Shown here: piece after piece, positions 19,187 through 28,915 of the stretch
How the letters are laid out: each line of letters begins with the position of its first letter
How positions within the stretch are numbered: the first letter of the stretch is position 1
NCBI GenBank assembly: GCA_041690595.1
Contig: JAWLHB010000001.1
Location: forward strand, 62,001 to 126,000
Source: Lentisphaeria bacterium
GTDB lineage: Bacteria > Verrucomicrobiota > Lentisphaeria > JABSQK01 > JAWLHB01
DNA length: 64,000 nucleotides
Direction of reading: 5' to 3'
The notes under the pieces: model-generated
The model's input: the letters and a program-made list of their open reading frames with translations, nothing else
What the model was told of the DNA's origin: nothing
Databases searched by the model: none
Position numbers and translations under genes: made by a program

Positions 19187-20254
19187 ATGAGCAAGACATC
19201 TCGATCCATGCCGAAGTATGAGCAGCTTGCGACAACGCTGAGGGCTGATCTGCTTGCGGGGCGCTGGCAGAGCGGCGAGCAATTGCCGGCGGAGCGCCAG
19301 TTGGCGGAGGAGTACGGGATGTCGCACATGACCGTCAACAAGGCAGTGGCAAGCCTGGTGGCCAAGGGCATGTTGAGGCGCCGTGGTCGGGCGACCTACA
19401 TCGCGCCGCCGGAAGACGATCGTTTCTCGCGAGGAGTCGGTGCGGTCTTCGATCTCGACCCTATGAGATCGCCGCAGCTGTTACGTCCCCTGCTGACAGC
19501 GCTGTCGCGGGAGCGACGCCTGCCGCTGCTGATCGACATACTCGATCCGCGTCGCGTTGGGCAACAGCTTCGCGAGCTTTGCCTGGAAGGTGTGACGACA
19601 TTCCTGGTGGACGCATTCAGCTATTTCCCCTTCGAGATGCTGGGGGAGCTGTCGCCGTATCCGCGCATGATATTCCTTCATCGCTACGAGTCGCACCAGC
19701 GTTACCCTGGGACGCGGATTTTGCTGGACTATCGGGAGGTGGGGCGCATGGCGGCACGTTGCGTGCTGGAGGCGGGAAGGCTTCGTCCGGCCATCATAGG
19801 ATTCGAGCGTCAGCCCCTGTGGACGTCGCAGCTATTTTACGAAGGAGCCATGGAAGTATTGGATGCGGCCGGAGTTGCTCTGCATGCCGAGTGGCTGACG
19901 GTCCAACTGGAGGACGACAGTTGCGTGCGGTTCCTTCGCCAACGCCCGCGCGTGGACAGTATCATCACGGTGAACGATTTTCGGCTGGTTCCCTTTGTGC
20001 AGGCAGCCGCGAAGACAGGCGTTCGTATACCGGAGGATCTGGTGCTGGTTGGGGCCGGCAATACCTCCCATGCCGAGGCGTGGGACCTTACCTCGATCTG
20101 TCTTCAGCCGGAGACCATGGTCGAACGCGCCATGGACGCACTCGACAGTGGAATGGAAGTGGATGAGCTTCTTCCACCGATACTCATTGCCCGGGCAAGC
20201 TGTCCGTGGACCAATCACAAGAAAGAACGGAGTGACCACAATGAAAGCACATAG
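19187..20254 (+). CDS. GntR-family regulator with LacI-like effector domain
   Basis: 'PKYEQLA...[25 protein letters not shown]'; '[12 protein letters not shown]', 'LTSI'; RBS AGGAG before ATG 19187. Confidence 0.92.
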   Translation: MSKTSRSMPKYEQLATTLRADLLAGRWQSGEQLPAERQLAEEYGMSHMTVNKAVASLVAKGMLRRRGRATYIAPPEDDRFSRGVGAVFDLDPMRSPQLLRPLLTALSRERRLPLLIDILDPRRVGQQLRELCLEGVTTFLVDAFSYFPFEMLGELSPYPRMIFLHRYESHQRYPGTRILLDYREVGRMAARCVLEAGRLRPAIIGFERQPLWTSQLFYEGAMEVLDAAGVALHAEWLTVQLEDDSCVRFLRQRPRVDSIITVNDFRLVPFVQAAAKTGVRIPEDLVLVGAGNTSHAEAWDLTSICLQPETMVERAMDALDSGMEVDELLPPILIARASCPWTNHKKERSDHNEST

Positions 20255-21085
20255 ACATTTCACGTTGATCGAGCTGCTGGTCGTCGTGGCGATAATCGCC
20301 ATTCTGGCTTCGATGCTGCTCCCGGCATTGAGCCGCGCACGTGAGAAGGGCCGCCAGGGCAGTTGCATGGGGAACATGCGCCAAGTGGGGTTCTCGTTCA
20401 CCATGTATCTTGAAGAGCAGGACGATTTTCTGCCCTATGCACGCATGCCCGCGGCTTGGCCGGAAGCGACCTTCTGGTATCAGCAGCTCGAAGCACAGAA
20501 GAGCGAAGCCTGGCTGCCTAAATGGGATTCTCATTACTACTGCCCGACGTACATGGGCACACTGCGTTCCCGGTGGCCCGGCGACAAGGTAAGACCGACG
20601 TGGACAGCGCGTTATTACTTGGGCTATGCCTACCCGATGCATGACTGGTCCGTTGGCGGGGGGGCCAATCTCTCGATGCCGCCCTGGAAAATCAATCAAT
20701 CGCTCAAACCCAGCGACACTACGCTGCTGGCGGAACAGGATCTGACGAGTCACCTGCCCGCGGTTCCCAATGGCATCTACGGCGTGACGCTCGTGCGGCA
20801 CATCGAGGGGCTAAACATTCTTTTTATCGATGGCCATGTTCAACCCTTCAACGATGGTCCTATGCTGGCGGAGCAGTGGAAGAATACAAATGGCCGGCGG
20901 CATGAGTTTCCGTTCAACCAATACGCTCACAGTAATCGCTGAAGTTGCCCTGTCCGTGGACAATCACAAGAAATAACATGGGAGTGGCCACAATGAAAGC
21001 GCATAGACATTTCACCTTGATCGAGCTGCTGGTCGTCGTGGCGATAATCGCCATTTTGGCTTCGATGCTGCTGCCGGCATTGAGC
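20200..21085 (+). repeat. Direct repeat of ~135 bp (20200-20333 and 20950-21085): leader/RBS plus pilin N-terminus; a more diverged third copy lies at ~21694-21815
   Basis: CTGTCCGTGGAC(C)AATCACAAGAAA.AAC..GGAGTG.CCACA-ATG precedes both genes; the first 93 coding nt differ at 4 positions. Confidence 0.9.
20241..20942 (+). CDS. DUF1559 / H-X9-DG prepilin-like protein (array gene 1)
   Basis: [25 protein letters not shown]; '[14 protein letters not shown]'. Confidence 0.92.
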   Translation: MKAHRHFTLIELLVVVAIIAILASMLLPALSRAREKGRQGSCMGNMRQVGFSFTMYLEEQDDFLPYARMPAAWPEATFWYQQLEAQKSEAWLPKWDSHYYCPTYMGTLRSRWPGDKVRPTWTARYYLGYAYPMHDWSVGGGANLSMPPWKINQSLKPSDTTLLAEQDLTSHLPAVPNGIYGVTLVRHIEGLNILFIDGHVQPFNDGPMLAEQWKNTNGRRHEFPFNQYAHSNR

Positions 21086-21685
21086 AAGGCGCGCGAGAAA
21101 GCTCGCACAACTGCCTGTACCAGTCAAATCAAGCAGATGGGCATGGGGTTGATCCAGTACTGCGAGGCCAATGAAGATAGTTTTCCACCCTTGCGTCCGA
21201 TATCTTCGCTGGTGAGCTACAATGAACACGCGTGGTGGTTCACGCTCATGGCCGAATATGTCGGCGTTACCCCGTCGAGTGTCAATGCCTACTGGTATCC
21301 GGCGATTGACACCGTCATGACCTGCCCCGCCTTTGCCCAGCGCGGAAAACCCATCAGCCGCTGGTACAGCATGGGTTACGGTCTGCCACACTACGCAAAT
21401 GGTCTGGGAGGCAATCCTGGCCAGAACGGCCCCCCCAGGCTTCTGCGCGATGTCATCGACGCGGAGGCTGTGACCATGCTTGCCGATGTTGACGGGAACG
21501 GCCTGAAAATGGTCGGCAGTTGGCCGATCGACATGATGGGCAACCATGGCGATCAGCTTGGCACCAACATCGTCTTCGTCGATGGTCACGTCGAGTACTT
21601 TCCCGATGGTCGCTACCTCTACGAGAACTTCGTGAAGGTAAACAACACCAAGTATCCGATCAACCGCGATCTCAAAGCCGATTAA
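20993..21685 (+). CDS. DUF1559 / H-X9-DG prepilin-like protein (array gene 2)
   Basis: Same N-terminus as gene 1; '[16 protein letters not shown]' (H-X11-DG variant). Confidence 0.92.
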   Translation: MKAHRHFTLIELLVVVAIIAILASMLLPALSKAREKARTTACTSQIKQMGMGLIQYCEANEDSFPPLRPISSLVSYNEHAWWFTLMAEYVGVTPSSVNAYWYPAIDTVMTCPAFAQRGKPISRWYSMGYGLPHYANGLGGNPGQNGPPRLLRDVIDAEAVTMLADVDGNGLKMVGSWPIDMMGNHGDQLGTNIVFVDGHVEYFPDGRYLYENFVKVNNTKYPINRDLKAD

Positions 21686-21722
21686 CCGAATGAAAGAAAG
21701 CAACCCTATGGGAGTGAACATA

Positions 21723-22424
21723 ATGAAAGCGCACAGACATTTCACCTTGATCGAATTGCTGGTCGTCGTGGCGATAATAGCCGTTCTGGCGTCGATGCTG
21801 CTGCCGGCATTGAGCCGGGCGCGCGAGAAGGGCCGCCAGGGCAGCTGCATGGGGAACATGCGGCAGGTGGGGATGTCGTTCGTCATGTATCTGGAAGAGC
21901 AAAACGATTTTCTGCCGCATGCACGCATGCCGGCGGCCTGGCCCGAAGCGACCTTCTGGTTTCAGCAGCTCGAATCACAGCCGAGTGAAGCTTGGTTACC
22001 TGAATGGAATTCTCATTACTACTGCCCGACCTACATGGGAACGCTGCGTTCCCGGTACCCGGGGGACAAGGTGCGGCCGACGTGGACGGCGCGCTGGGCA
22101 CTTGGTTATGCCTACCCGATGTACGACTGGGCCGTTGGTGGTGGAGGTACTCTCACGATGCCGCCTTGGAAAATCAACCAGGCGCTCAAGCCCAGCGATA
22201 CCACGCTGCTGGCGGAACAGGATCTGGCGAGTCACCTGGCCTCGGTTCCCAGCGGCATCAACGGCGTGACGCTCGTGCGGCACATCGAGGGGCTCAACAT
22301 TCTCTTTATCGACGGCCGTGTTCAGGCCTTTAACGATGGTCCGAGGTTGGCGGCCCAGTGGAAAAATACAAATGGTCGGCGGCATGAGTTTCCGTTCAAC
22401 CAATATGCTAACAGTAATCGCTGA
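21723..22424 (+). CDS. DUF1559 / H-X9-DG prepilin-like protein (array gene 3; paralog of gene 1)
   Basis: Same length as gene 1 (233 aa); 29 substitutions by my manual count (~88% identity). Confidence 0.92.
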   Translation: MKAHRHFTLIELLVVVAIIAVLASMLLPALSRAREKGRQGSCMGNMRQVGMSFVMYLEEQNDFLPHARMPAAWPEATFWFQQLESQPSEAWLPEWNSHYYCPTYMGTLRSRYPGDKVRPTWTARWALGYAYPMYDWAVGGGGTLTMPPWKINQALKPSDTTLLAEQDLASHLASVPSGINGVTLVRHIEGLNILFIDGRVQAFNDGPRLAAQWKNTNGRRHEFPFNQYANSNR

Positions 22425-22470
22425 GGTTGCCTGACTTTGGGGGGATGCTCAGCCGTGGGAGGAGAGTCCA

Positions 22471-25400
22471 ATGAGGATGCGCAGGGTTTGTTTGTTGCTG
22501 GCAGCTATGCTTGGCCTGTTGACCGTGCGGATGGAGACGGGCGCGGCCGAAGCGATCGGCGAGCCCCCTCTGCCGCCAGGAGAGCATCCGCGCCTGCTCT
22601 TCCATGGCCGAGAGATCGGCGCTCTGCGTAGCCGGGCCGCCACGCCAGTTGGCCAGGGATTGGCGGGAACCTTACGGCGGGAAGCACACGGCCATCGCGA
22701 AGCATGGGTAAAGAAGCTTGCCGCCCGCGACACGGAATGGCTGGAGCAGATGCGCAACGAGACCGGCGTACTCGGCAAGTTCAACAAACAATGCTGGCAT
22801 GCGGCGCTCTTGTACGTGGCCAGTGGCGAGGAGCGTGACGGGCTGGTGGCGGTGGAGATGTTCCGCATCTGGATGTCTGCCTGGCCGGCTACGGAAGAGA
22901 TCGAGGCGACCGAATCCTGGGGTAACCCATGGGCGGCGATGACGTATGACTGGCTCCATGAGCTGTTGACGGAGGCAGATCGGGCGAAGGCACGGCGCAT
23001 ACTTGCTTCGATGGTGGGAGCGCCGACGCTGGACGCGGTGGGCAAGCGCTGGTGGAATGGCGGGCCAACCCCCAGCGGGCGCTGTACTACGAACTGGACG
23101 CCGATCTATGCGGCATCGCTGGGCATGACGCTGTTGGCGATCGAGGGACAGGATGGATACAACGAAGAGTTGCTGGCGCTCTGCATCAGTCTGGTACGCG
23201 AGTATCTGGATGGGGGGATTTCGCCGGACGGGGCCATGTATGAAGGGCTTGGCTATGCCTCGGGCTACGGGACGAAGGATATACCCTATTTCCTCCATGC
23301 ACTGGAGCGGCGCGGCGTCACCTTCTGGCGGGATACGCATCTTCCGAAGCTGTCGACGTGGCTGAGCTATGAGCTGCTGCCGTGGGGCTATGAAGGTTTT
23401 CCACTGAACCAGTCGAATGGCAATCTCGGCAGCGGTGAGCTGCTGACTTTCCTCACGCAGGAGCAGGGGGGGCTGAACCGGTGGATATTCAAGAACGTCA
23501 CGGGTCGGCGTGAGAACGACCTTCGCATCGATGCGGGGGTGGGGTTGATCAACGGCTGGGCATCCTGGCGAGGTGAACGGCCGGACGAACTGCCGCTGAG
23601 TCATTGGTTTTCGAATCGCGGGCTGGTCTTCAGCCGTAGCGGTTGGGGGGAGCGGGATGCCAGTTTCGTCTTCAATTCGAATCCCATGGGGGCGGGGCAT
23701 ACACATGCCGATCAGGGACACTTCTGCCTGGCCAGCCATGGAGCGGCCTTCTTTCTCGAAGGTGGCGTCAGCAAGTTCGACAGTGAATACCACAACGTGG
23801 TCCTGATCGACGGCCGGGGACAGGCCTCCTCGCAGAGCCGGGTGGATGCCTTTCTGCGCAGCGCCGATCTCTCGGCCTATGCCGACGTGATGGATATCGA
23901 TCAGAAGCTGGCGTACGATCGGGTGCTGCAGGGCGAAAACGATTTCGAGTGGGTCGAGTACAATCCGGTGGAGCGAGCAGAGCGGCAGGCGCTATTTGTA
24001 CGTGGCGCGACGGGACCGTTCGTGGTGATTGCCGATGCGTTGCGCAAGGATGCCGAGCCGCACAGGTTCGATTGGCTGGGGCATGTGCCTTGGCACAATC
24101 CCGTACGAGTGGATGGGCGAACCTTTCGCATCGAGGAGCGTTTCGGCGGGAAATTCCTGCAGGCTATCGATGCCGGGAAGATGAGCGCGATGGAGGCGAC
24201 CGGGCTGCGTAACGGCACCGTGCGCGGCTGGGTTCTGGTGCGGAGTCTCCCGCACATTGCGGCCTGGTCGTCAAACACGTTGCGGGTAAATGGCCGTGCG
24301 GCACCGTACAATACCTCCTATTTCGGTCTTGGCTTCCATTATCGGGGGTGGTACTGGAACAGCATCCTTCCCGAGAAAGTGGCGGAGATACCGATAACCG
24401 ACGGGAAATTGCGGTTTGAGGTCGAGTCTGGTTCCGGAGGCCGGGTGGCCCTGGCGGTCTTCACCTACGATCCGACGTGGGAACCCGGCGATACGATCCC
24501 CGCGAATGGCGGTGACTTTGTGGTGCTGACCGTCGACGATCTGGTAGAGACGGAGGCGCCCTGGGAGATTCTCGAGGCGCCGAAGGGCGTATTGGATGGC
24601 GCTTTCCTGGGCGCCGCGGCACCCGAGGTGACGGTGGCTCAACACCCACGGGCGGAGACGCGAGTCATCACGGCGCGCAAAGAGACGGTCGATGCCGACT
24701 TTCTGGCGGTGATGGCGCCGCATGACGACGGAGACGGACGCACGCTCGAGCTGAAGGAGTGGGGCGCCGCGACGGCCGCCGTGCTGACTGGGGCCGGTGG
24801 CGTCGACTTGATCAGCGGCCCAGCCGATGGTCGGCTGGCTACCGACGGCGCGGCGGCGAGCCTCTCGCTGAACCCGGATGAAACGATCGTGGGCTATGCG
24901 CTGGTGCGGGGGACGCGACTTGCTTTCGAGGGACGCGAGCTGCTCTCATCCACCGTGCCGCTGCACGCGGTCTACGACGGGAAGCAGCTGATTCTGCGGG
25001 CTGCACGGCATGGTACGGTGAAAATCTGGCGTGGATCGGCCGGCGAGGTGGTGGTGAATGGCGCACGGAGTCGACTGCCAGCGGGAGAGATGGTGACGAT
25101 TGAGATTCCCGCTCTGGCGACGGAGTGGACAACGGCAATCAGCGCCGACGGGCGCACGGCAACGGCAAGTGGGGATGGTCCCCAGCCCCTCTGGATCGAG
25201 GCGCCGGCGACTGTCCGTGAGGTGATCGTGAATGGCATTTCCCGCTGGTTCATCCGCGATGCCGACGGCCAGCGAGTCAGCCCGGCACTGGAAACGGGGA
25301 GCCCCTTTCCCTATGCCGGGGAGTTGACGGCGGCTGAACTCTTCGAGAGCCTGGTGGAGGGCAGTGCGGCACAGCTTGGGGATCAGCGGGAGCTGAATCC

Positions 25401-26247
25401 CACGGGCGTTTCCGGTGAGGCGGTCATTGCCCCCGCGGGCAAGCTGACGATGGATCTTCCCATCGTCGGACCTGGCGCCTATCGACTGGTGGTGCTCTAC
25501 ATGGCCGGTGCGCCAGTGGAGCTACGGATCGTGGAGCCGGGCGGGGAACGTTCCGTCGTGGCGACGCCGGAGAGTGCGGGCGTTCAGCGGTTGGCGGTGA
25601 AGGATGTCATGTTGCGTGAGAGTCCCGCCCGGCTGACCTTTACGGGCAGCGGGAAGTTGGCTCTGGTGGCCATTCGGCTACAGCCCCAGTATCGTGATCT
25701 CGCCGCCAATGTCTGGTCGACAATCGGGCCTTTTCCGAGTCCGTATACGCGTCAGAATGCTACGGATGCGGCGGTCAAGGCAGCGCTGGAGGCGGTGTAT
25801 CCTCCGGAGCGAGAGATCGATCTGGACGCCAAGTATGAAGGCAGCGACGGCCGTCAGGTGCGTTGGCAGCAGGACGAGAGTCTGGCCGGCGCGGGGATGC
25901 GCGACGGGGTCAACTTCAAGGTGCGCAACGGGGTGCTGATGTCGGAAATCAGCTATGCGGTGACTTGGGTAAACGTGCCGACCGAGCGCCAGGCCGAGGT
26001 GAGCATGAACTGCGACTACTGGGCCAACCTGTACGTCAACGGGGTGCTGATCGAGAGCAACCGCGATCCCAACGAGGTTGCCCAGGATGGCGCATGGTTC
26101 AAGGGACTCAAGCGCTTCACGGCCCGTTTTTCGCTCCAGAAGGGGCAGAATACGATCATGGTGGAGACCCACGGGGGGATGGGCGGGAGCAGCTTTGCCG
26201 CAGCCATCACCGATCCCGGTGACCTCCAGTTTACGCCGACGCCGTAG
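22471..26247 (+). CDS. Large secreted heparinase II/III-like protein (DUF4962-like N-terminal helical domain, C-terminal beta-sandwich modules)
   Basis: Signal peptide; 'EHPRLLF', 'YDWL', 'TNW', 'DGAMYEGLGY', 'RSGW', 'GHTHADQGHF', 'HNVVLIDG'. Confidence 0.75.
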   Translation: MRMRRVCLLLAAMLGLLTVRMETGAAEAIGEPPLPPGEHPRLLFHGREIGALRSRAATPVGQGLAGTLRREAHGHREAWVKKLAARDTEWLEQMRNETGVLGKFNKQCWHAALLYVASGEERDGLVAVEMFRIWMSAWPATEEIEATESWGNPWAAMTYDWLHELLTEADRAKARRILASMVGAPTLDAVGKRWWNGGPTPSGRCTTNWTPIYAASLGMTLLAIEGQDGYNEELLALCISLVREYLDGGISPDGAMYEGLGYASGYGTKDIPYFLHALERRGVTFWRDTHLPKLSTWLSYELLPWGYEGFPLNQSNGNLGSGELLTFLTQEQGGLNRWIFKNVTGRRENDLRIDAGVGLINGWASWRGERPDELPLSHWFSNRGLVFSRSGWGERDASFVFNSNPMGAGHTHADQGHFCLASHGAAFFLEGGVSKFDSEYHNVVLIDGRGQASSQSRVDAFLRSADLSAYADVMDIDQKLAYDRVLQGENDFEWVEYNPVERAERQALFVRGATGPFVVIADALRKDAEPHRFDWLGHVPWHNPVRVDGRTFRIEERFGGKFLQAIDAGKMSAMEATGLRNGTVRGWVLVRSLPHIAAWSSNTLRVNGRAAPYNTSYFGLGFHYRGWYWNSILPEKVAEIPITDGKLRFEVESGSGGRVALAVFTYDPTWEPGDTIPANGGDFVVLTVDDLVETEAPWEILEAPKGVLDGAFLGAAAPEVTVAQHPRAETRVITARKETVDADFLAVMAPHDDGDGRTLELKEWGAATAAVLTGAGGVDLISGPADGRLATDGAAASLSLNPDETIVGYALVRGTRLAFEGRELLSSTVPLHAVYDGKQLILRAARHGTVKIWRGSAGEVVVNGARSRLPAGEMVTIEIPALATEWTTAISADGRTATASGDGPQPLWIEAPATVREVIVNGISRWFIRDADGQRVSPALETGSPFPYAGELTAAELFESLVEGSAAQLGDQRELNPTGVSGEAVIAPAGKLTMDLPIVGPGAYRLVVLYMAGAPVELRIVEPGGERSVVATPESAGVQRLAVKDVMLRESPARLTFTGSGKLALVAIRLQPQYRDLAANVWSTIGPFPSPYTRQNATDAAVKAALEAVYPPEREIDLDAKYEGSDGRQVRWQQDESLAGAGMRDGVNFKVRNGVLMSEISYAVTWVNVPTERQAEVSMNCDYWANLYVNGVLIESNRDPNEVAQDGAWFKGLKRFTARFSLQKGQNTIMVETHGGMGGSSFAAAITDPGDLQFTPTP

Positions 26248-26439
26248 CCATCTCCGGAAAACCGCGTGGTTGATGACGATGGTGAGGAGTGCTCGGGAAA
26301 ATGAGCGGTGAGAGAGGCTGACAAATCGCCGATCTGGGCAAGAGGGTTATTGCGTTTGCGTGAATCGCCGTTACTGTATCCAAGCGGGGGCAAGCAAAGC
26401 CCCAATCAACTAAAATCCCAGCTGCAGGATGGCCACCAC

Positions 26440-26712
26440 ATGGTAAATGCATTTGTCCTTATCAATATTGAAAACAAAGGTGTACGCGAACTGGCGAAAG
26501 AGTTGATGGAGGTGCAGGGCGTCACGGAAGTCTACTCGATCGCTGGGGAATATGACTTTCTGGTGGTCATTCGCGTCGATGACAATGCCACGCTCTCCAA
26601 TGTTGTGACGGAGCAGATCTACCACAAGGCGGGTGTTCGACACACCAAGACCCTCTTCGCCCTCGATTCGTATGCCACCGTCGATCTCGAAAAGGTTTTC
26701 GGCCGGAAATGA
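26440..26712 (+). CDS. Stand-alone Lrp/AsnC ligand-binding-domain protein
   Basis: 'AFVLIN...GVTEVYSIAGEYDFLVVI...GVRHTKTL'; 90 aa, no HTH. Confidence 0.85.
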   Translation: MVNAFVLINIENKGVRELAKELMEVQGVTEVYSIAGEYDFLVVIRVDDNATLSNVVTEQIYHKAGVRHTKTLFALDSYATVDLEKVFGRK

Positions 26713-27632
26713 ACCTGCCTGATCCGACTGCATGGCCTGTCGGCAACGTCGGTTATGTGGCAGTTGTCGGCCGGCCAAATGTCGGAAAGTCGACCTTTCT
26801 GAACCAGGCGCTTGGGGCGCATCTGCTGGCCGTGTCGGCGATGCCTCAGACAACCCGCAAGCACTGGCGCGGTATCCTCAGCGACGAGCGAAGCCAGATT
26901 GTCTTCATCGATACCCCCGGCGCCCACCGGGGTAAGACACGGTTAAATGACCACATGCTCGATGCGGTGGACTTGTCGCTGCAGGATGCCGATATCGTGC
27001 TCTGCATGGCCGATCCGACCCGTGAAGGCGGGGAGGAGGACCAGTTGGTGGCGGAGCGGGTTGCCGCCTGCTCCAAGCCGGTGCTGCTGCTGATCAACAA
27101 GTGCGATGAGGCGCCCGCGGAAGCGCAGGATGCAGCGATCGCCTTCTTTGAAGAACGCCTTGTGAAGCCGGCGAAGATCTTTCGGCTGTCGGCGCTCAAG
27201 GGGGAAGGGGTGGCTGCCGTCATCACCTATCTGCGTAAGACACTGCCGAAGGGCCCCTTCTTCTTTCCACCGGATCAGACGATGGATGCCTTCGAGCGTG
27301 ACATCGGCAGCGAGATCATTCGCGAGGCGGCTTTGGGGCTGCTTCACGATGAGGTGCCGCATGCGCTGGCCGTCGAGATTCTGCAGTGGCAGGAAGCCGG
27401 TAAGCGACTGAAGATCGACGCCAATCTCCATGTAGAGCGGGAGACGCAAAAAGGGATTGTGGTCGGCAAGGGTGGGGCGATGATCAATGAGATCCGGCGT
27501 CAGGCGGAGCGTTCTCTCAAGCTCTGGCTCGAGCGTCACATTGCCTTGCGGCTGCACGTGAAGGTGGCGAAAGACTGGCGAAATCGCGATGGTTTCATGC
27601 GCGAGCATGGCCTGGTCGATCGCGCGGAATAG
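26709..27632 (+). CDS. era: GTPase Era
   Basis: GRPNVGKST, PQTTR, DTPG, NKCD, SA; KH domain 'QKGIVVGKGG', 'LHVKVAKDWR'. Confidence 0.95.
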   Translation: MNLPDPTAWPVGNVGYVAVVGRPNVGKSTFLNQALGAHLLAVSAMPQTTRKHWRGILSDERSQIVFIDTPGAHRGKTRLNDHMLDAVDLSLQDADIVLCMADPTREGGEEDQLVAERVAACSKPVLLLINKCDEAPAEAQDAAIAFFEERLVKPAKIFRLSALKGEGVAAVITYLRKTLPKGPFFFPPDQTMDAFERDIGSEIIREAALGLLHDEVPHALAVEILQWQEAGKRLKIDANLHVERETQKGIVVGKGGAMINEIRRQAERSLKLWLERHIALRLHVKVAKDWRNRDGFMREHGLVDRAE

Positions 27633-27635
27633 TTT

Positions 27636-28727
27636 TCACTCGACGTGCATGGGGAGATCGATGTAGAAGGTGGAGCCTTCGCCGGGCACCGTCTCAAAAC
27701 TCATCGCCCCCTTCATGCCCTCGATGACTTCCCGGGCGCTGTGCAGCCCGATGCCCGACCCCGTTGGTTTGGTGGTGAAGTGGCGGCGGAAAATGCGATT
27801 CTGTGCATGGACATCGATGCCGGTGCCATCGTCCTTCACGGCAATGCGGCAGACGTCCGCGGCGGGACAATCGAGGGAAATGTTGAGGTGGCCGCCTATA
27901 GGCATTGCTTCGAGGGCGTTCATCATCAAGTTGAGGATGGCGTACTTGAGGCGGTGCTTGTTGCCATGGACGACGACATCCTGATGCGGCAGTTGCAGGT
28001 CGGTAGCCACTTCCTGCTTCTTGGCCTGCGGGTCGATCAGTTGCATGGCCTGCATGAGAATCTCGCGAACATTGACGGGGGCTTCGGTCAACTGTGACGC
28101 GGTCAATTCATCCAGGACCATATAGAGCGATCCGTTGAGCATGTCGATCGATTCACGCAGCAGCTCAAAAGCCTTCTTGACCTTGTCGACAGTCTCGGCG
28201 TTGACGTCTCCAAGGCGGTCGATCAGACGCTGCAAGAGATCGAGTGAATAGCCGGCCGCGGCAGTCGGAGTCTTCAGGTCATGGGCCAGATTCTTGTAGA
28301 GTCTGCACATGGCCTCATGACGCGATGCCATCTCCAATTCGCGCGCGAGCATCTCCTGATCCGTCTGATCCTGGATGATACAGAGAAAGCCGGTGCAGCT
28401 GTGAACATTGATAGGGTGGAGTTCCACCAGAACTTTGCGTTGAATGTCGAGATCCGGGTCTGGAACAAAGCTCTCCATGCCATACGATTCATCCCGTTTA
28501 TCCGCATCGACGTTGGCGCGGGCGTGCTTGAGCAGGCTTGCAAGTTGATTGCCAATAGTTGAGATACAGTCTGTTACAGATGCACCTGGCTGGCAGCGCA
28601 GCAGTTCACGGGCGCGGGTGCTGGCGAACTGCACTTCATTGTCGGGGCTGATCATCAGCACGCCCGTGTTGTTGAGGTTGGCGAGTGCCTCGAACCAGCA
28701 GTTGCTGTCTGTTGTCGAATCGACCAT
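27636..28727 (-). CDS. Cytoplasmic sensor histidine kinase with PAS-like N-terminus
   Basis: H-box AHDLKTP, N-box NLMMNALEA, G1 DDGTGI, F-box FTTK, G2 GSGIGL; no TM helices. Confidence 0.9.
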   Translation of the reverse strand: MVDSTTDSNCWFEALANLNNTGVLMISPDNEVQFASTRARELLRCQPGASVTDCISTIGNQLASLLKHARANVDADKRDESYGMESFVPDPDLDIQRKVLVELHPINVHSCTGFLCIIQDQTDQEMLARELEMASRHEAMCRLYKNLAHDLKTPTAAAGYSLDLLQRLIDRLGDVNAETVDKVKKAFELLRESIDMLNGSLYMVLDELTASQLTEAPVNVREILMQAMQLIDPQAKKQEVATDLQLPHQDVVVHGNKHRLKYAILNLMMNALEAMPIGGHLNISLDCPAADVCRIAVKDDGTGIDVHAQNRIFRRHFTTKPTGSGIGLHSAREVIEGMKGAMSFETVPGEGSTFYIDLPMHVE

Positions 28728-28915
28728 GATCAATCGGGGGGAGGGCGGTGACGGTGTGGGTGGCTATCCTTTTACCATACCGGAGATTCAGTATCCGGCG
28801 CAAACTGAGCTGATCCTCCCCCAATAGCTCGGTGATTTAACGGGAATGGGTTGACAGGGCGACTGGCCACGACATCGTAAAGCAAAGGGACTTTCTTCCA
28901 ATCGCAGGAACCTTC

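Noticed and set aside
20200..21815. Repeats as a CRISPR array, integron attC sites or shufflon
   Set aside because: The repeats are coding/leader homology spaced ~750 bp apart in direct orientation, with no attC-like palindromes and no cas, integrase or invertase gene.
20241..22424. Prepilin genes 1 and 3 as a diversity-generating retroelement TR/VR pair
   Set aside because: In the part I aligned, differences are mostly third-codon-position and not adenine-specific; both copies are full genes; no reverse transcriptase is in the window.
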